DNA of 64,000 nucleotides from Acidobacteriota bacterium (GTDB lineage Bacteria > Acidobacteriota > UBA6911): contig OY761556.1 of NCBI GenBank assembly GCA_963664705.1, forward strand, positions 4,480,001 to 4,544,000. The letters are read 5' to 3'. The notes below the pieces were generated by a model, which did no database searches, had not been told where the DNA came from, and worked only from the letters and a program-made list of their open reading frames with translations. The position numbers were made by a program, and so were the translations under genes. This document shows positions 1 through 10,300 of the stretch, piece after piece. The stretch's first letter is position 1; each line of letters begins with the position of its first letter.

Positions 1-476
1 TGCTGTCGGCCCTGCGCTCCAGCCTCGAGAAAAACACGAAGATCATATTCGCTCATTTCCCGTCGGAGGTCCGACCCGAACATGTTGTCCCAGAAACACT
101 TGAGCTGTTAAAGGAATTTGCGGGAAACGATGAGATCGTCATCGGGGCTCAGTCCGGCAGCAACCGGATGCTCGACGCCTGCCATCGGTCCCACGACATT
201 GCCAGTGTATTGCAGGCCGTAGCACTGGCTCGAAAATACGGGTTTAAGATCATCGTGGACTTTATTTTCGGACTGCCCGGGGAGACTCCGGAGGATCTTA
301 CAGAAACATTGAAGGTCATGGAAGAGGTGGTACGGCTGGGGGCGCGCATTCACCCGCATATTTTTGCGCCGCTCCCCCAAACGCCCTTTGCATCCGCACA
401 ACCCGGGGCCATCTCCGCTCAGGTAGCGGCAGCCCTGGAAGGACTCAGGAATAAACGGGGAGTATATGGATGTTAG
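1..476 (+). CDS. B12-binding/radical SAM family protein, C-terminal part (5' truncated by window edge)
   Basis: Frame is open from position 3 and reads ...FPSEVRPEHV...IVIGAQSGSNRML...HRSH...VDFIFGLPGET...FAPLPQTPF, typical radical SAM barrel C-terminal motifs. Confidence 0.8.
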   Translation, partial: LSALRSSLEKNTKIIFAHFPSEVRPEHVVPETLELLKEFAGNDEIVIGAQSGSNRMLDACHRSHDIASVLQAVALARKYGFKIIVDFIFGLPGETPEDLTETLKVMEEVVRLGARIHPHIFAPLPQTPFASAQPGAISAQVAAALEGLRNKRGVYGC

Positions 477-503
477 CTGGATTCCAGAGTCCGGATATCC
501 CGA

Positions 504-1790
504 CTATCCAATCACATCCATCAGGTTCATAACCTTCTGAGGCCTCTTCATCCGGACGATTCCGTCAAGCAGCTGGAACTGGCAGCCGGGACAGGCCGTT
601 ACCACGATGTCTGCTTCCGTGGATTCGATATTGTCGATTTTCTTTTCGACTATCTTTTTGGAGAGTTCATAATTCAACAGGCTGAACTGTCCGCCCATCC
701 CGCAGCACCGATCGGCTCCAGGCATTTCGATATACTGAGCACCATCCAGAGATTTCAGGATATTGCGCGGCTGTTCTTTTGCACCGAGATGCCGATTTAA
801 GTGACAGGGATCGTGCCAGGTGATCTTCTTCCCCTTGAGAGCGGCCGGCGTTTGAAATGCGGACGCCTGCATTCCGATTACATCCATGATGAACTGGGTG
901 ATATGCGTGACCCTTTTGCCAAAGTGGGCGTAGGCTTCTCTCCGCTCCGGCGTATCGGGCAGGAAGCGCTGGTACTCGCGCAGTGTGCAGGCGCAGGTAG
1001 CACAATCGGTCACGATATAGTCCAGCCCCTCAAATGCTGCAAAATTGCGGTCGGCAATTCTTCGGCCGGTCTCGAAATCGCCCCCCCCCAGAAACACGGC
1101 CGCACCGCAGCAAACCTGGTCCTGGGGCATCACGACTTCAACGCCCTGACGGGTCAGGAAGTCGATGGTTTTCATCCCCAGCTGGGGCAAAACGAACTCA
1201 TTCATACAGCCGGGGAAATACCCAACCCGTATCTGGCTCTTCGCCTGTTTTGGCCTGCTGATTTCCGGGGCGAGCTGACGCAGAAATTTGGGAGCAATCG
1301 AAGGTATCTGGCGCCCCTGGGTCAACCCGGACAGGAAATTGGGCATGTGGCGAATGATGCCGTTGGATTTCGGCATAAAAGCGGATTGAAACAGCGATGC
1401 CGCGCTCAGAAACTTTCCGAAAAGCTTCCGGTTCGGCAATAGTCTGCGATAAACAAGACCAAGAGGAAATGGCAGTCCCATGTTTCGGGCAATATCAGCT
1501 TTGGCGGCAACAATGAGCCTTGGAATCGGGGCTTTGGCAGGGCAATTCTCGGTGCAGGCCATGCAGGAGGTACATTTATAAAAGCGATCCGCCAGCTCCC
1601 GGTTGATTTCCAGCTCGCCCGACATAAGCCTCTTCACAAGCTCATTCTTGCCTCGGGCAACCCCAGCCTCGATTCTCTCTTCCTGGTAAACGGGACAGAC
1701 ATAAGAGCAGAAGCCGCACTTCATGCATTGTTCTGTCTCTTTTTCATATTTGCTGAGTTCTACCAGAGATGCGTTCATTGTCTTTCCCAA
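504..1790 (-). CDS. glcF: GlcF-like (Fe-S)-binding subunit of a glycolate/lactate dehydrogenase
   Basis: Two CxxCxxCxxxCP motifs (CMKCGFCSYVCP, CTSCMACTENCP), two CCG domains (CCGAA, CCGMGG), HDPCHL, TACPGC; overlaps glcD; start could be 1778. Confidence 0.85.
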   Translation of the reverse strand: MGKTMNASLVELSKYEKETEQCMKCGFCSYVCPVYQEERIEAGVARGKNELVKRLMSGELEINRELADRFYKCTSCMACTENCPAKAPIPRLIVAAKADIARNMGLPFPLGLVYRRLLPNRKLFGKFLSAASLFQSAFMPKSNGIIRHMPNFLSGLTQGRQIPSIAPKFLRQLAPEISRPKQAKSQIRVGYFPGCMNEFVLPQLGMKTIDFLTRQGVEVVMPQDQVCCGAAVFLGGGDFETGRRIADRNFAAFEGLDYIVTDCATCACTLREYQRFLPDTPERREAYAHFGKRVTHITQFIMDVIGMQASAFQTPAALKGKKITWHDPCHLNRHLGAKEQPRNILKSLDGAQYIEMPGADRCCGMGGQFSLLNYELSKKIVEKKIDNIESTEADIVVTACPGCQFQLLDGIVRMKRPQKVMNLMDVIG

Positions 1791-3160
1791 ATCTTGTCCG
1801 GATTCATAATGTTGTTCGGATCAAAAAGAGTTTTGATTCTCTGCATAAACGAGATGGCCATCGGATCGAGCGCCTTGGCCAGCAGACGCTTCTTTTCCAA
1901 TCCAATGCCATGCTCGCCCGAAAGCGTCCCCCCTAATTCGAGGGCGGCATCAAAGATGGCAGTCAAGGTATCCTGCAGGCGATCCAGATCTTCCTTTTCC
2001 CGGCTGTTTGTAAAGACGCTCGGATGGATGTTCCCGTCGCCGGCATGGCCGATCAGAACGATTTCAAATCCGGACTTCTTGGAGATTTCGTCGAGCTTTT
2101 CGATAAAATCGGAGAGACGATCGCGCGGAACGGTGCAGTCTTCCGCAACAACCGTGCGTGCAGCACCATAGATTGCCGCAAAACCCGCGCTTCGCGCTTT
2201 CCAATAGGTGTTCGCTTCGGCATCATCCTTGGCAAGGCGCGAGATCTTTGCCCCACCTTTGTTGAGCAGTTCCACGATCTGGCCTGCTTCGCTCTCAACC
2301 GCGGCAACAGACCCATCACACTCAATCAGCAGCATGGTCTTGGCATCGACCGGCAGCCCGATCTTCATCTTTTCTTCAATCCGGCGAATGACAAAGTTGT
2401 CGACGAATTCGATCTTCGCGGGCACAATGCCATCAGCAAGAATCCTGGACACAACGGTCCCCGCCCGAACCATGTCATCAAATATCGCCATCACGGTTCT
2501 GCGGGCAGCCGGTTTCGGTATCAACCGGAGAGTTATCTTGGTAATGATGCCCAGCGTTCCTTCGGAACCGGTAAACAAAGGAACCAGGTCGTAGCCGGTG
2601 CGGTTCTTCACTGTTGAGCCGCCAAGATTCATGATATAGCCATCCGGAAGCACCACCTCCAGGCCGAGGACGTATTGTTTCGTCACCCCATACTTGATGC
2701 ACATGGGGCCCCCGGAATTTTCTGCAACCGTGCCGCCGACGGTACAACTGAGGAAACTCTGCGGATCCGGTGGGTAAAACAGGTTTTCCTTGGCAAGCAA
2801 CAGGTTGAAATCCTGCAGCACCACCCCGGGTTCCACGGTCGCAGTCAGATTTGCCTTATTGATCTCCAGAATCCGGTTCATTTTGGTCGTGCATAAGACC
2901 ATCCCGCCATTGATTGGAACCGAACCGCCGCTGATGTTGGTGCCCGAACCTCGTGGAGTCACAGGAATCCGGTTCTCGTTTGCAATCTTCAGAATCTCGG
3001 ATATCTGGGCAGCAGAGGTCGGCAGGAGAACAACTTCAGGAGAATTGGACCAGGTGGTAGTGCCATCATACGAGTATGTGGCCAGATCTTCCTTTGCGGT
3101 TAGTACGTTTGCTTTACCTACAATGTTCTCAAGCTTCTGGATAATACTTGATTTCAACAT
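1775..3160 (-). CDS. glcD: GlcD-like FAD-linked oxidase (FAD_binding_4 plus FAD-oxidase_C)
   Basis: PRGSGTNISGG, YPPDPQS, GSEGTLGIIT, GHAGDGNIH, GTLSGEHGIG, DPNNIMNP motifs; GGAGG RBS. Confidence 0.9.
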   Translation of the reverse strand: MLKSSIIQKLENIVGKANVLTAKEDLATYSYDGTTTWSNSPEVVLLPTSAAQISEILKIANENRIPVTPRGSGTNISGGSVPINGGMVLCTTKMNRILEINKANLTATVEPGVVLQDFNLLLAKENLFYPPDPQSFLSCTVGGTVAENSGGPMCIKYGVTKQYVLGLEVVLPDGYIMNLGGSTVKNRTGYDLVPLFTGSEGTLGIITKITLRLIPKPAARRTVMAIFDDMVRAGTVVSRILADGIVPAKIEFVDNFVIRRIEEKMKIGLPVDAKTMLLIECDGSVAAVESEAGQIVELLNKGGAKISRLAKDDAEANTYWKARSAGFAAIYGAARTVVAEDCTVPRDRLSDFIEKLDEISKKSGFEIVLIGHAGDGNIHPSVFTNSREKEDLDRLQDTLTAIFDAALELGGTLSGEHGIGLEKKRLLAKALDPMAISFMQRIKTLFDPNNIMNPDKIWERQ

Positions 3161-3442
3161 CAGCTAAACTGTTCCTCCCTATCAAAGGCGTCCTCAGACT
3201 GAATCGATCTTGATTCTGATCAGGGCAGGAACAGCGGTACCGCGCAGTCCAGATCTCCAAACACGCAGAAAATGATCGATGCCAATTTACGGCCTGGCCT
3301 TAAAAGAATTCATTATACAGCCAGGAAACAGAGGCCGTCACGAAAATTTCCTTTTTCGGTATCGAAAGCCGATTCCCACATCACTCTCAAAAATCAGCTA
3401 TTTGCAGGCATAGCCTTTGGGGTGGGGGCCGCAGGGTGGCAA

Positions 3443-3825
3443 TCAGGGACACCAGAAAAGCTGCGGTAAAGCAGAAAGCCGCAACAGGCCAGTAGGCGCA
3501 AGGTCCTTTTAATCCAATCAGATAGCTGGCCGTCGCCTATACGCGGGAAGAAACAAACTGTCCAATTCCAAGGGCGCAGGAAAGGATGGCCAGAGCCCTG
3601 GTCGCCACAGCTTTCGGGCCGCTGCCGCTGAATTTCAGCGCAATTCCCGGAACAAATTTCCCAAACCCAAATCCTTGGAGCTGTATTGGCATTGGGCGGG
3701 ATAAACCCAAAAGCCAGAAACGCGAGAGCTACGACGAGAGTGAAGCGTTTAAACATCTGGGTAATTCGACCCAGTAAAAGGCCCGAAAAATCCCTCCGAA
3801 GTTGGGGATCGTCATAATCAGGCCG
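3443..3825 (-). pseudogene. Decayed partial duplicate of the 3' third of the adjacent MFS transporter gene
   Basis: Colinear nucleotide similarity to 4069-4480 (e.g. shared gaaacaaactgtccaattccaagggcgcaggaaaggatggccagagccctggt) with substitutions, a deletion of about 25-30 bp and frameshifts. Confidence 0.85.
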
Positions 3826-3865
3826 GCCACATAGGCAATTTCAGCTTCAGGACAAATGGCAATCA

Positions 3866-3922
3866 ACAGATGTGGACACCCATCGTTTCCGGAGACAGAT
3901 GTGGACACCCATCGTTTCCGGA
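3866..3922. repeat. Two tandem copies (29-bp period) of ACAGATGTGGACACCCATCGTTTCCGGA, carrying the GTGGACACCCA motif
   Basis: Exact copies at 3866-3893 and 3895-3922; the core recurs at 61275, 62468, 62503, 63961 and 63981. Confidence 0.9.
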
Positions 3923-4017
3923 AAAAACCGAAAACCTGGATAATTCCTACAACCGAGAATGCAAAGGGCTTGGCTATTTGCGCTAGTAGCGAGCAAACCG
4001 GAGGGTAGCGGGTAGAA

Positions 4018-5172
4018 TCAAGAAGCCTCCATGTCGGTGGGTGTCCACGTTTCCTTCAGGGTGGCGACCAGGGACACCAGAAAGGCTGCGGTAAAGCAGA
4101 AAGCCGCAACAGTCCAGGAGGCTCGAGGTCCTTTTAATCCAAGCAGATAGTTGGCATAGGCGTATACGCGGGGAGAAACAAACTGTCCAATTCCAAGGGC
4201 GCAGGAAAGGATGGCCAGAGCCCTGGTTGCCGCAGATTTCGGGACGCTGCCGATAATTTTCAGTGCAATTCCCGGAATAAATGTCCCAAACCCAAATCCC
4301 CATATGGCACAGGAAACCGCAAAGGTCAGGGCTGTATTGGCAACGTTGAGCAGGATAAACCCAAAAGCCAGAAACCCGAGGGCTACGACGAGAGTGAAGC
4401 GCTTACACATCTGAGTAATTCGACCCAGTAAGAGGCCCGCAACAATCCCTCCGATGTTGGAGATTGTCATGATCAGGCCGATTGTCCGGGCAGAGCCAAC
4501 CCTGGCCGCAGACATTACAAAGGACGCATTCGTGTGATAGCACATCATAAAGACGTTGAAGAGAAAGTACATGGCAACAAAAAACCACATCGTCGAAGTC
4601 AGTTCCCCTTTGCTGTCGGTTCCTTGCGCCGGGGTTTTCTCGGGCTCAGGCATCCGGAATAGGACAAGGATGAAGACCGGGATGACCAGGAGATATGCAA
4701 AAAATGTGTTGCGCCAGTAGATTGCGCAGAGGTACCCCCCGACGGTGGTAAAAAACATGCCAAAGATGGCAGCCACAGAGCTCCGGTAGCCCATGAAGAT
4801 ATCCCGATCCCGTCCCTGAAAAAAGTCAGCAATCAAGCTCTGGGAAAGCGGTATCAGGAAACCGCAGCCGGCTCCATACACTCCCCTCATGATGAGGATG
4901 AATGGCATTCCTCCGAAAAACGCGGGCAAAAGCCCACCGATGGCGTAGAGGATCATACCTGTCAAAACCAGGGTTTTCTTGCGCATCCGCCGGGAAAGCT
5001 GGCCACAGACCAGCGTCGACACCATAATCATCAATGCCGGAACGGTGGCAATCATCTGAATGGTCTCCCGGCTTTTGTCCGGGAAAACTTTGGCAATATC
5101 GGCCAGAGCCGGCGTGACGGCGCCGGCACCATACACCAGGCTGGAAATAGCAAGAACGATCAACAGGAGCAT
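4018..5172 (-). CDS. MFS transporter
   Basis: About 12 hydrophobic segments; motif-A-like CGQLSRRMRKK; ATG at 5172 preceded by GGAG RBS. Confidence 0.9.
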   Translation of the reverse strand: MLLLIVLAISSLVYGAGAVTPALADIAKVFPDKSRETIQMIATVPALMIMVSTLVCGQLSRRMRKKTLVLTGMILYAIGGLLPAFFGGMPFILIMRGVYGAGCGFLIPLSQSLIADFFQGRDRDIFMGYRSSVAAIFGMFFTTVGGYLCAIYWRNTFFAYLLVIPVFILVLFRMPEPEKTPAQGTDSKGELTSTMWFFVAMYFLFNVFMMCYHTNASFVMSAARVGSARTIGLIMTISNIGGIVAGLLLGRITQMCKRFTLVVALGFLAFGFILLNVANTALTFAVSCAIWGFGFGTFIPGIALKIIGSVPKSAATRALAILSCALGIGQFVSPRVYAYANYLLGLKGPRASWTVAAFCFTAAFLVSLVATLKETWTPTDMEAS

Positions 5173-5200
5173 CGATTGGTCTCCAAACAAGCCGCAATCA

Positions 5201-5234
5201 TAGATCGTCCATCGTAAATCGTAAATCGCCAATT
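5201..5234. repeat. Degenerate 7-bp tandem repeat (AATCGTA-type)
   Basis: tagatcgtccatcgtaaatcgtaaatcgccaatt. Confidence 0.6.
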
Positions 5235-5397
5235 GAAGTGGGACTCCTCTGATTCTGAAAAGCGGCTACGAATTTACACCATCGCACGGAGCTTTTGATT
5301 TTTCTGGAGCGTGCCGCACTTCACGGTTCCCATTCAAATAATGTTTTTGCGGCATCAGGCGAGGCACCGGGGCCCATTGGGAATGAGCGCGTTTCCT

Positions 5398-5428
5398 TCG
5401 TCAATCATCAATCATCAATCGTCAATCG
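5398..5428. repeat. 7-bp tandem repeat (TCAATCR)
   Basis: tcgtcaatcatcaatcatcaatcgtcaatcg, overlapping the stop of the 5422-6546 gene. Confidence 0.65.
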
Positions 5429-6546
5429 ATATAGTGCGTCCGGATCATCGTCCAGTAGTCGCGAAAGCGCCCCTCGTCGAAGTCTTTCAGAAATACGGAA
5501 ATATATTGAAGCATGGTGCAAAGGCTATAACCGGACCGTTGCTGCGGATGGCGATAAAAAGAGAAAGTGGATCGGATCAGCAGGCTGTGTTCGTTCGTCG
5601 GCAGTTTCCGAATATTTTCGACGAAGCCCTGGAAGTTGCCGCTCATCCCCCAGTCAAACAGGACGATTTCAACATTGGATGCATAGAAGGCGCTGACGAC
5701 ATACCCTTTTCCCCGCAGGTACTTTCCAATGGCCGCCAATGCTTTCTTACCGCCGAAATCGCCGACAACCGGAATAATCAGATTTCTTCGGTGCAGGTCC
5801 CGCACGAAAGCATAGTCTTCGGTATTCGCAAGGAAGTTGCCCCGTTTCCCCTTCAGGTCCTTCTGGAGGATGATCTCCCGCAGCACGGGAAGATGGCCGA
5901 AGCGCCGGCTCAATCTGTTATCGAGGTCAAAACCTATTTCAAATCCCTGGTCTCTGAAGCTCCTGTATACATAATCCAGGCTATCGCTATCCTGGATAGA
6001 AAGCGGGATTTTAAAATCCTTCTCAATGGCATTGCGGACTGCGGCGAGATTCTCCGCATAGGCTTTTGGATCGGCAGGGACAGCGGACAGATAGGCAATG
6101 ACGTCATCGATGGAGGCCTTTGGATCCGGTGCTTTTCCGGTCATGGGCCGGCTCAGCAGGCGGGATAGAAAATCTGCCGGCGTCGGGGACAACTGGAAAA
6201 TGGCCTTATACATGAGGTGCTGAATGATTGCCTGCCTCCGGATATCCACGATAAAGGCAATGCGCGGCCGCACCCTGGCTATGTATGTGAAATTCTGCTC
6301 TGGCCCTACGCCGATATAAGCGCCCCCGGTAGCGCCCAACTCTTTTATTCTATCCACTACCGTGAGGTAGGAGTCTTCATTGGAAGTAAAATTATCGGAG
6401 AAGAAAAAGCCTCCCTCTTCGGAGAAGGTTTGCACCAGGCGCGAAAACTCAGCACTGGTCAGGCTCTCCTGGGCCGCACTCAATCCGGCGGGTACTAGAA
6501 GGAAAAACAGCAGCAACCAATTCCGTGAGGATTTGCGCAGGGACAT
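5422..6546 (-). CDS. Conserved hypothetical secreted protein
   Basis: Signal peptide (…VPAGLSA-AQ); conserved-looking blocks SEEGGFFFSDNFTSNE, GGAYIGVGPEQNFTYI, VVGDFGG, FYASNVE. Confidence 0.75.
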   Translation of the reverse strand: MSLRKSSRNWLLLFFLLVPAGLSAAQESLTSAEFSRLVQTFSEEGGFFFSDNFTSNEDSYLTVVDRIKELGATGGAYIGVGPEQNFTYIARVRPRIAFIVDIRRQAIIQHLMYKAIFQLSPTPADFLSRLLSRPMTGKAPDPKASIDDVIAYLSAVPADPKAYAENLAAVRNAIEKDFKIPLSIQDSDSLDYVYRSFRDQGFEIGFDLDNRLSRRFGHLPVLREIILQKDLKGKRGNFLANTEDYAFVRDLHRRNLIIPVVGDFGGKKALAAIGKYLRGKGYVVSAFYASNVEIVLFDWGMSGNFQGFVENIRKLPTNEHSLLIRSTFSFYRHPQQRSGYSLCTMLQYISVFLKDFDEGRFRDYWTMIRTHYID

Positions 6547-6577
6547 GGGGCCCCCTTTTTTGGTCGAACCGGCTTCT

Positions 6578-6636
6578 TGCCACGAATTACACGAATTATA
6601 CCGAATCAGGCCTCAATATTCGTGCAATTCGTGGCA
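6578..6636. repeat. REP-like inverted repeat with 19-bp arms (TGCCACGAATTRCACGAAT)
   Basis: Arms at 6578-6596 and 6618-6636 differ by one base; related half-sites near 5264 and 16843. Confidence 0.8.
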
Positions 6637-6645
6637 GGTGCAAGC

Positions 6646-7218
6646 CTACTTAATGAGGGTACGAGCCAGTTCTTCCGCCTGTTTCAGGTACTGATCCGGA
6701 ACGCCAAGAGCTCCACCGCCACCCACTCCCACGCCGCGGATGATATGCGCTTCAGAAAAACCCATGGACCGTTTGAAATACTCGGGGTACTTGGCAGCAA
6801 TATCCGCAAACATCGTATCGACGGGAGCCCCTTGTGTAACAATATACACAAGTTTCTTTCCGGCCGGGACACGCGACGGGGCGCCTTCCAGAAAGTTCGG
6901 AGGCATATAGGAATAGGTGCGATCTATGAAACACTTCACCTGCCCAGGAACATCAGAACAGTAGACCGGCAATGCCAGCACGACAACATCCGCCGCTTTC
7001 AGCGATTCCAGAACTTTGGCCAGATCGTCTGGAACCACGCATTTATCCGAGACGGTTTTGCAGGCCATGCAGCCCTGGCAGCCCCAGTATTTGAGCTTGT
7101 TCAGGACAATTGTCTCAACCTGGGCTCCCAAACCGGCTGCTGTTTCCGTAAACCGGGCGGCAATGGCGGCGCTGTTGCTCTTGGGACGAGGGCTTCCGAT
7201 CAGACAGCTGACTTTCAT
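6646..7218 (-). CDS. Flavodoxin-family iron-sulfur flavoprotein (NADPH-dependent FMN reductase family)
   Basis: GSPRPKSNS FMN loop, CQGCMACxxxxxxC, LALPVY, KCFIDR; AGGAGG RBS. Confidence 0.9.
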   Translation of the reverse strand: MKVSCLIGSPRPKSNSAAIAARFTETAAGLGAQVETIVLNKLKYWGCQGCMACKTVSDKCVVPDDLAKVLESLKAADVVVLALPVYCSDVPGQVKCFIDRTYSYMPPNFLEGAPSRVPAGKKLVYIVTQGAPVDTMFADIAAKYPEYFKRSMGFSEAHIIRGVGVGGGGALGVPDQYLKQAEELARTLIK

Positions 7219-7287
7219 GCAGTACCTCCTAAGTTGGAGAATCGTATGTCCGCACTTTAACCCCAAAGGTAGAAAGGCTCAAAGAAA

Positions 7288-7325
7288 GAAAAAAGCCCCG
7301 AAGGACCAGGGCGATCCTCCGGGGC
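7288..7325 (-). terminator. Rho-independent terminator of TBDR 1
   Basis: GCCCCG-AAGGA…TCCT-CCGGGGC stem followed by a U-run on the minus strand. Confidence 0.75.
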
Positions 7326-7359
7326 GGAGTCGATGCACTGACCGGCGAAGCCGGCTTAG

Positions 7360-10300
7360 CTAAAAGTTGAATCTGGCAACAAGCTGTCCTGTCCTCTGGC
7401 CAGCGGAATTGATATAGCCGGGCGTGGTGCCAAAAGTCGATATCAGCATGGAATTCGAGGGCGTTGGAATGCGGGTTCGGTTGAACGCGTTCATTAATTC
7501 CATGCGCAGGCTCAGCATCATTCCTTCCCTGAACCGGAATACCCGTTCCAAGCTCATATTCTCGGTCGGGGCACGTCGATATCGGTAATCGTTGTAATAG
7601 GCGGATCCGGTGCCGAACTGGCCGGCAGCCGGCGCAGTCCATGCATTCGGATTCAGAATGACAGTGGTAGCAGGATCATAATGCGAGTTGATGTCCCGCG
7701 AGAACACTGGCTGGCCCGGCACTCGGCTGCTGAATGAAGCCGGAGCGCTGAAATATGGGGAGGTGTTGCATCCGCCCAGAACGCTCATGGGCGCACAAAG
7801 CGACAGTTCCTGAGCCGGGTTGGGGAAATTGGATGCCATGGGAGCGGCGATAGGCATTCCAGACTGATAGATCAGGAAAGCACCGATACGCCAGTCCTTG
7901 AGGACAGAGGACACGAGCTTGGGAGCTGATGCCCAAGTCGGAGTAATGTAGGTTCCGGCAATGACAAGGCGATGCGGAATGGACATGCCGGAGATAACCT
8001 TGTTTCCGCGCAGATCGTTCAGGTTGACCACTGCGGGGTTAATCTGAAATGCGGTGTCCTGGGTTTCGGCACCAATCGTCAATTCCTTCTGAAAGCTGTA
8101 GTTGGCCTGCAGGTCCAGGCCGTGAGAATACCTTTTGGTCAGCTTCACCTGAAGTGAATCGTACCAGGTATTCCCCAATGGTGCCCACAGATTATAGATG
8201 CTGCCAAAGTGCGGGTAAGGACGAAGCGACTGCGAGACACTCCCCTTGAAGCCGGGGTAAGGCACCTTCAGATTGTATTTTGCAATCTGATCGGCAGTCA
8301 GCGTGTCGAATTGCTGCAACAGCACCAAATCATCGCTAACAGTGGCAAGCGTCGGGTCAAAATTGTGTGCCTTCAGAATTGCCGGTGTGACCCGGTTCGG
8401 ATCGGTCAGCGCTCCGCCGGCATTCCACCACACTCCCCGGTTGCCCACGTAGGAAACATCCAGGCTTAGATCTTTTGTTATCTCACGCTGAATTCCGAGA
8501 CTCCACATGATCTGTCTCGGGGGATATCCCGCGTGACGGTCGAACGCAGTCATGAAGATAGAACCTGGAGAAGCGGGCGCTTGTGCGGGATCGTAATTCG
8601 GCCATACCGGGGTAACAGGCGGGCCGTTTTTCAGCTGGGTTATGGCGCCGCCATAAGTAGTCGCCGGTCCATAGCGAACGTCCGACCCAAAACGAAGGCT
8701 CCACATTTCCAGGCTGGCCGTTTGGCCATAAGAAACGCCGATCCCCGCGCGGAGCACGGTCTTATCCATGAACTGCCAGGCAAGTCCCAGTCTGGGACCA
8801 AAGGCATAAGGATAGTTGTCGGCGTAGTTGCAATTGCATTTGCCCGGTCCACTGCCCTCAAAAATGACTGCGCCCGGGATATTGCCATATGCGGGATTCG
8901 GAGTGTCATATCCGAAACTCGGAATGCGGCCATAGCCCTCTTTCAGATAGGTCTGAAAATCATAGCGCAAGCCATAATCGATGGTGAGTTTCGGCGTTAC
9001 TTTCCAGCTGTCTTGCGCGAAGAAAGACAGGGCGTGTTTCCCGATGTGGAATATGCTCTGTTTGCCGATTTCTCCATTGTTTACGGAGCCCAACAGGAAG
9101 CTGGCATAAGGGAATCCCAGGGTGCCCTGGTTATAGGATGTCGTGGTCAAATAGGGCAGCGCGGTTTGAGCTCCATTGAAATAGAACCAGCCGTTGCCCG
9201 GAGTCGTTGCGGTCGAAGGATAACTCTCAACCCGCACTTCCCCTCCGAACTTATACGAATGGTTTCCTTTTACCCAACTGAGAGTCGCGCTTCCGGTCGG
9301 CTTCTGCTGGAACTGCTTCTGCTGCGCCACCGGTCCAATGGAATTGCCTTGGCCAGACGGGCTGCCCATTCCGCCACCCTGGTTCTGATAGAGATTGAAC
9401 ATGGTTGGGTAAACAGGGGCAAAGGTTCCTGGCAAGCCAAGGTCCTTGAGATTGTCATAGCTTCCGTACCCCGGGACAGGGTCATAGAAGAGGAAATGCA
9501 TGTAGCCGCCGCCCACATGCAGCAGCATCGTCGGCGAAATCGTGTAGTCCATATTGAGACGCGCGGTATGCGACGTTTCAAACAGATCCCGCTGACTGGT
9601 GATCGGAGGAGCATAACCGTCCGGGAACGGAATATGCTGATCGTTCAGCGACCAATACCCCGATATCTTTATTTTGGAGCTGATATTGTGATCCATCTTT
9701 ATGGCATAGATCGAATTTACCGTCTCATTCGAATATCTCAGGTTGAGATTATTCAAAGTATCGCTCGTGGTTGGCTGGGGAATAAGGGACTGGAGTTTTG
9801 TCGATACCGGATCGAGCGCAAAGTATGCCGCCTTGCTCGGATCGAGACAGATGACATTGGGAGTATTCCCGTCGCAGCCCATGAACGGATCCCGGATCGT
9901 TACTGTCTGGCCGGCATACTGTCCGTATGTTCCCACAACCGATCGGGTCGTACTCGGATTGTAAATCGCTCCATCCATGATGGGCCGCCCGATGGCGTCA
10001 ATCCCGATCTGTTTCCCGGTATAGAGGGCCGGATTGCTGAAATTGCCGTTGCGATAAGCCAGCGTCGGCACGGTAGACCATGTGCTGGACGATACATTGT
10101 TTCGGTTTTGCTCGAAGCTGAAAAAGAAGAAGGTTTTTGATCTTCCGTCATACAGCTTGGGCAGGAATACCGGACCTCCGGCAGTAAAGCCAAAATCATT
10201 TCGGCGATCTCTCGGCCTGAATTGATTGTAAGGCTGGCCTGCGTTGAGCGCCTCGTTTCGGAAGTAATCGAATGCGCTCCCGTGAAAAGCATTCGTTCCA

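Noticed and set aside
504-3160. glcD-glcF without glcE as a novel system
   Set aside because: Two-gene GlcD/GlcF-type hydroxy-acid dehydrogenases are common in anaerobes
3394-3756. 120-aa ORF as a real gene
   Set aside because: It is a frameshifted read-through of the decayed MFS duplicate
3866-3922. 29-bp direct repeat as a possible CRISPR array
   Set aside because: Only two copies, separated by one base, with no spacers and no cas genes
8533-10140. 535-aa plus-strand ORF and other long antisense ORFs (10222-11064, 15479-16432, 17300-18277, 44412-45410)
   Set aside because: They lie opposite well-supported genes, have no recognisable motifs, and are expected shadows of GC-rich codon usage
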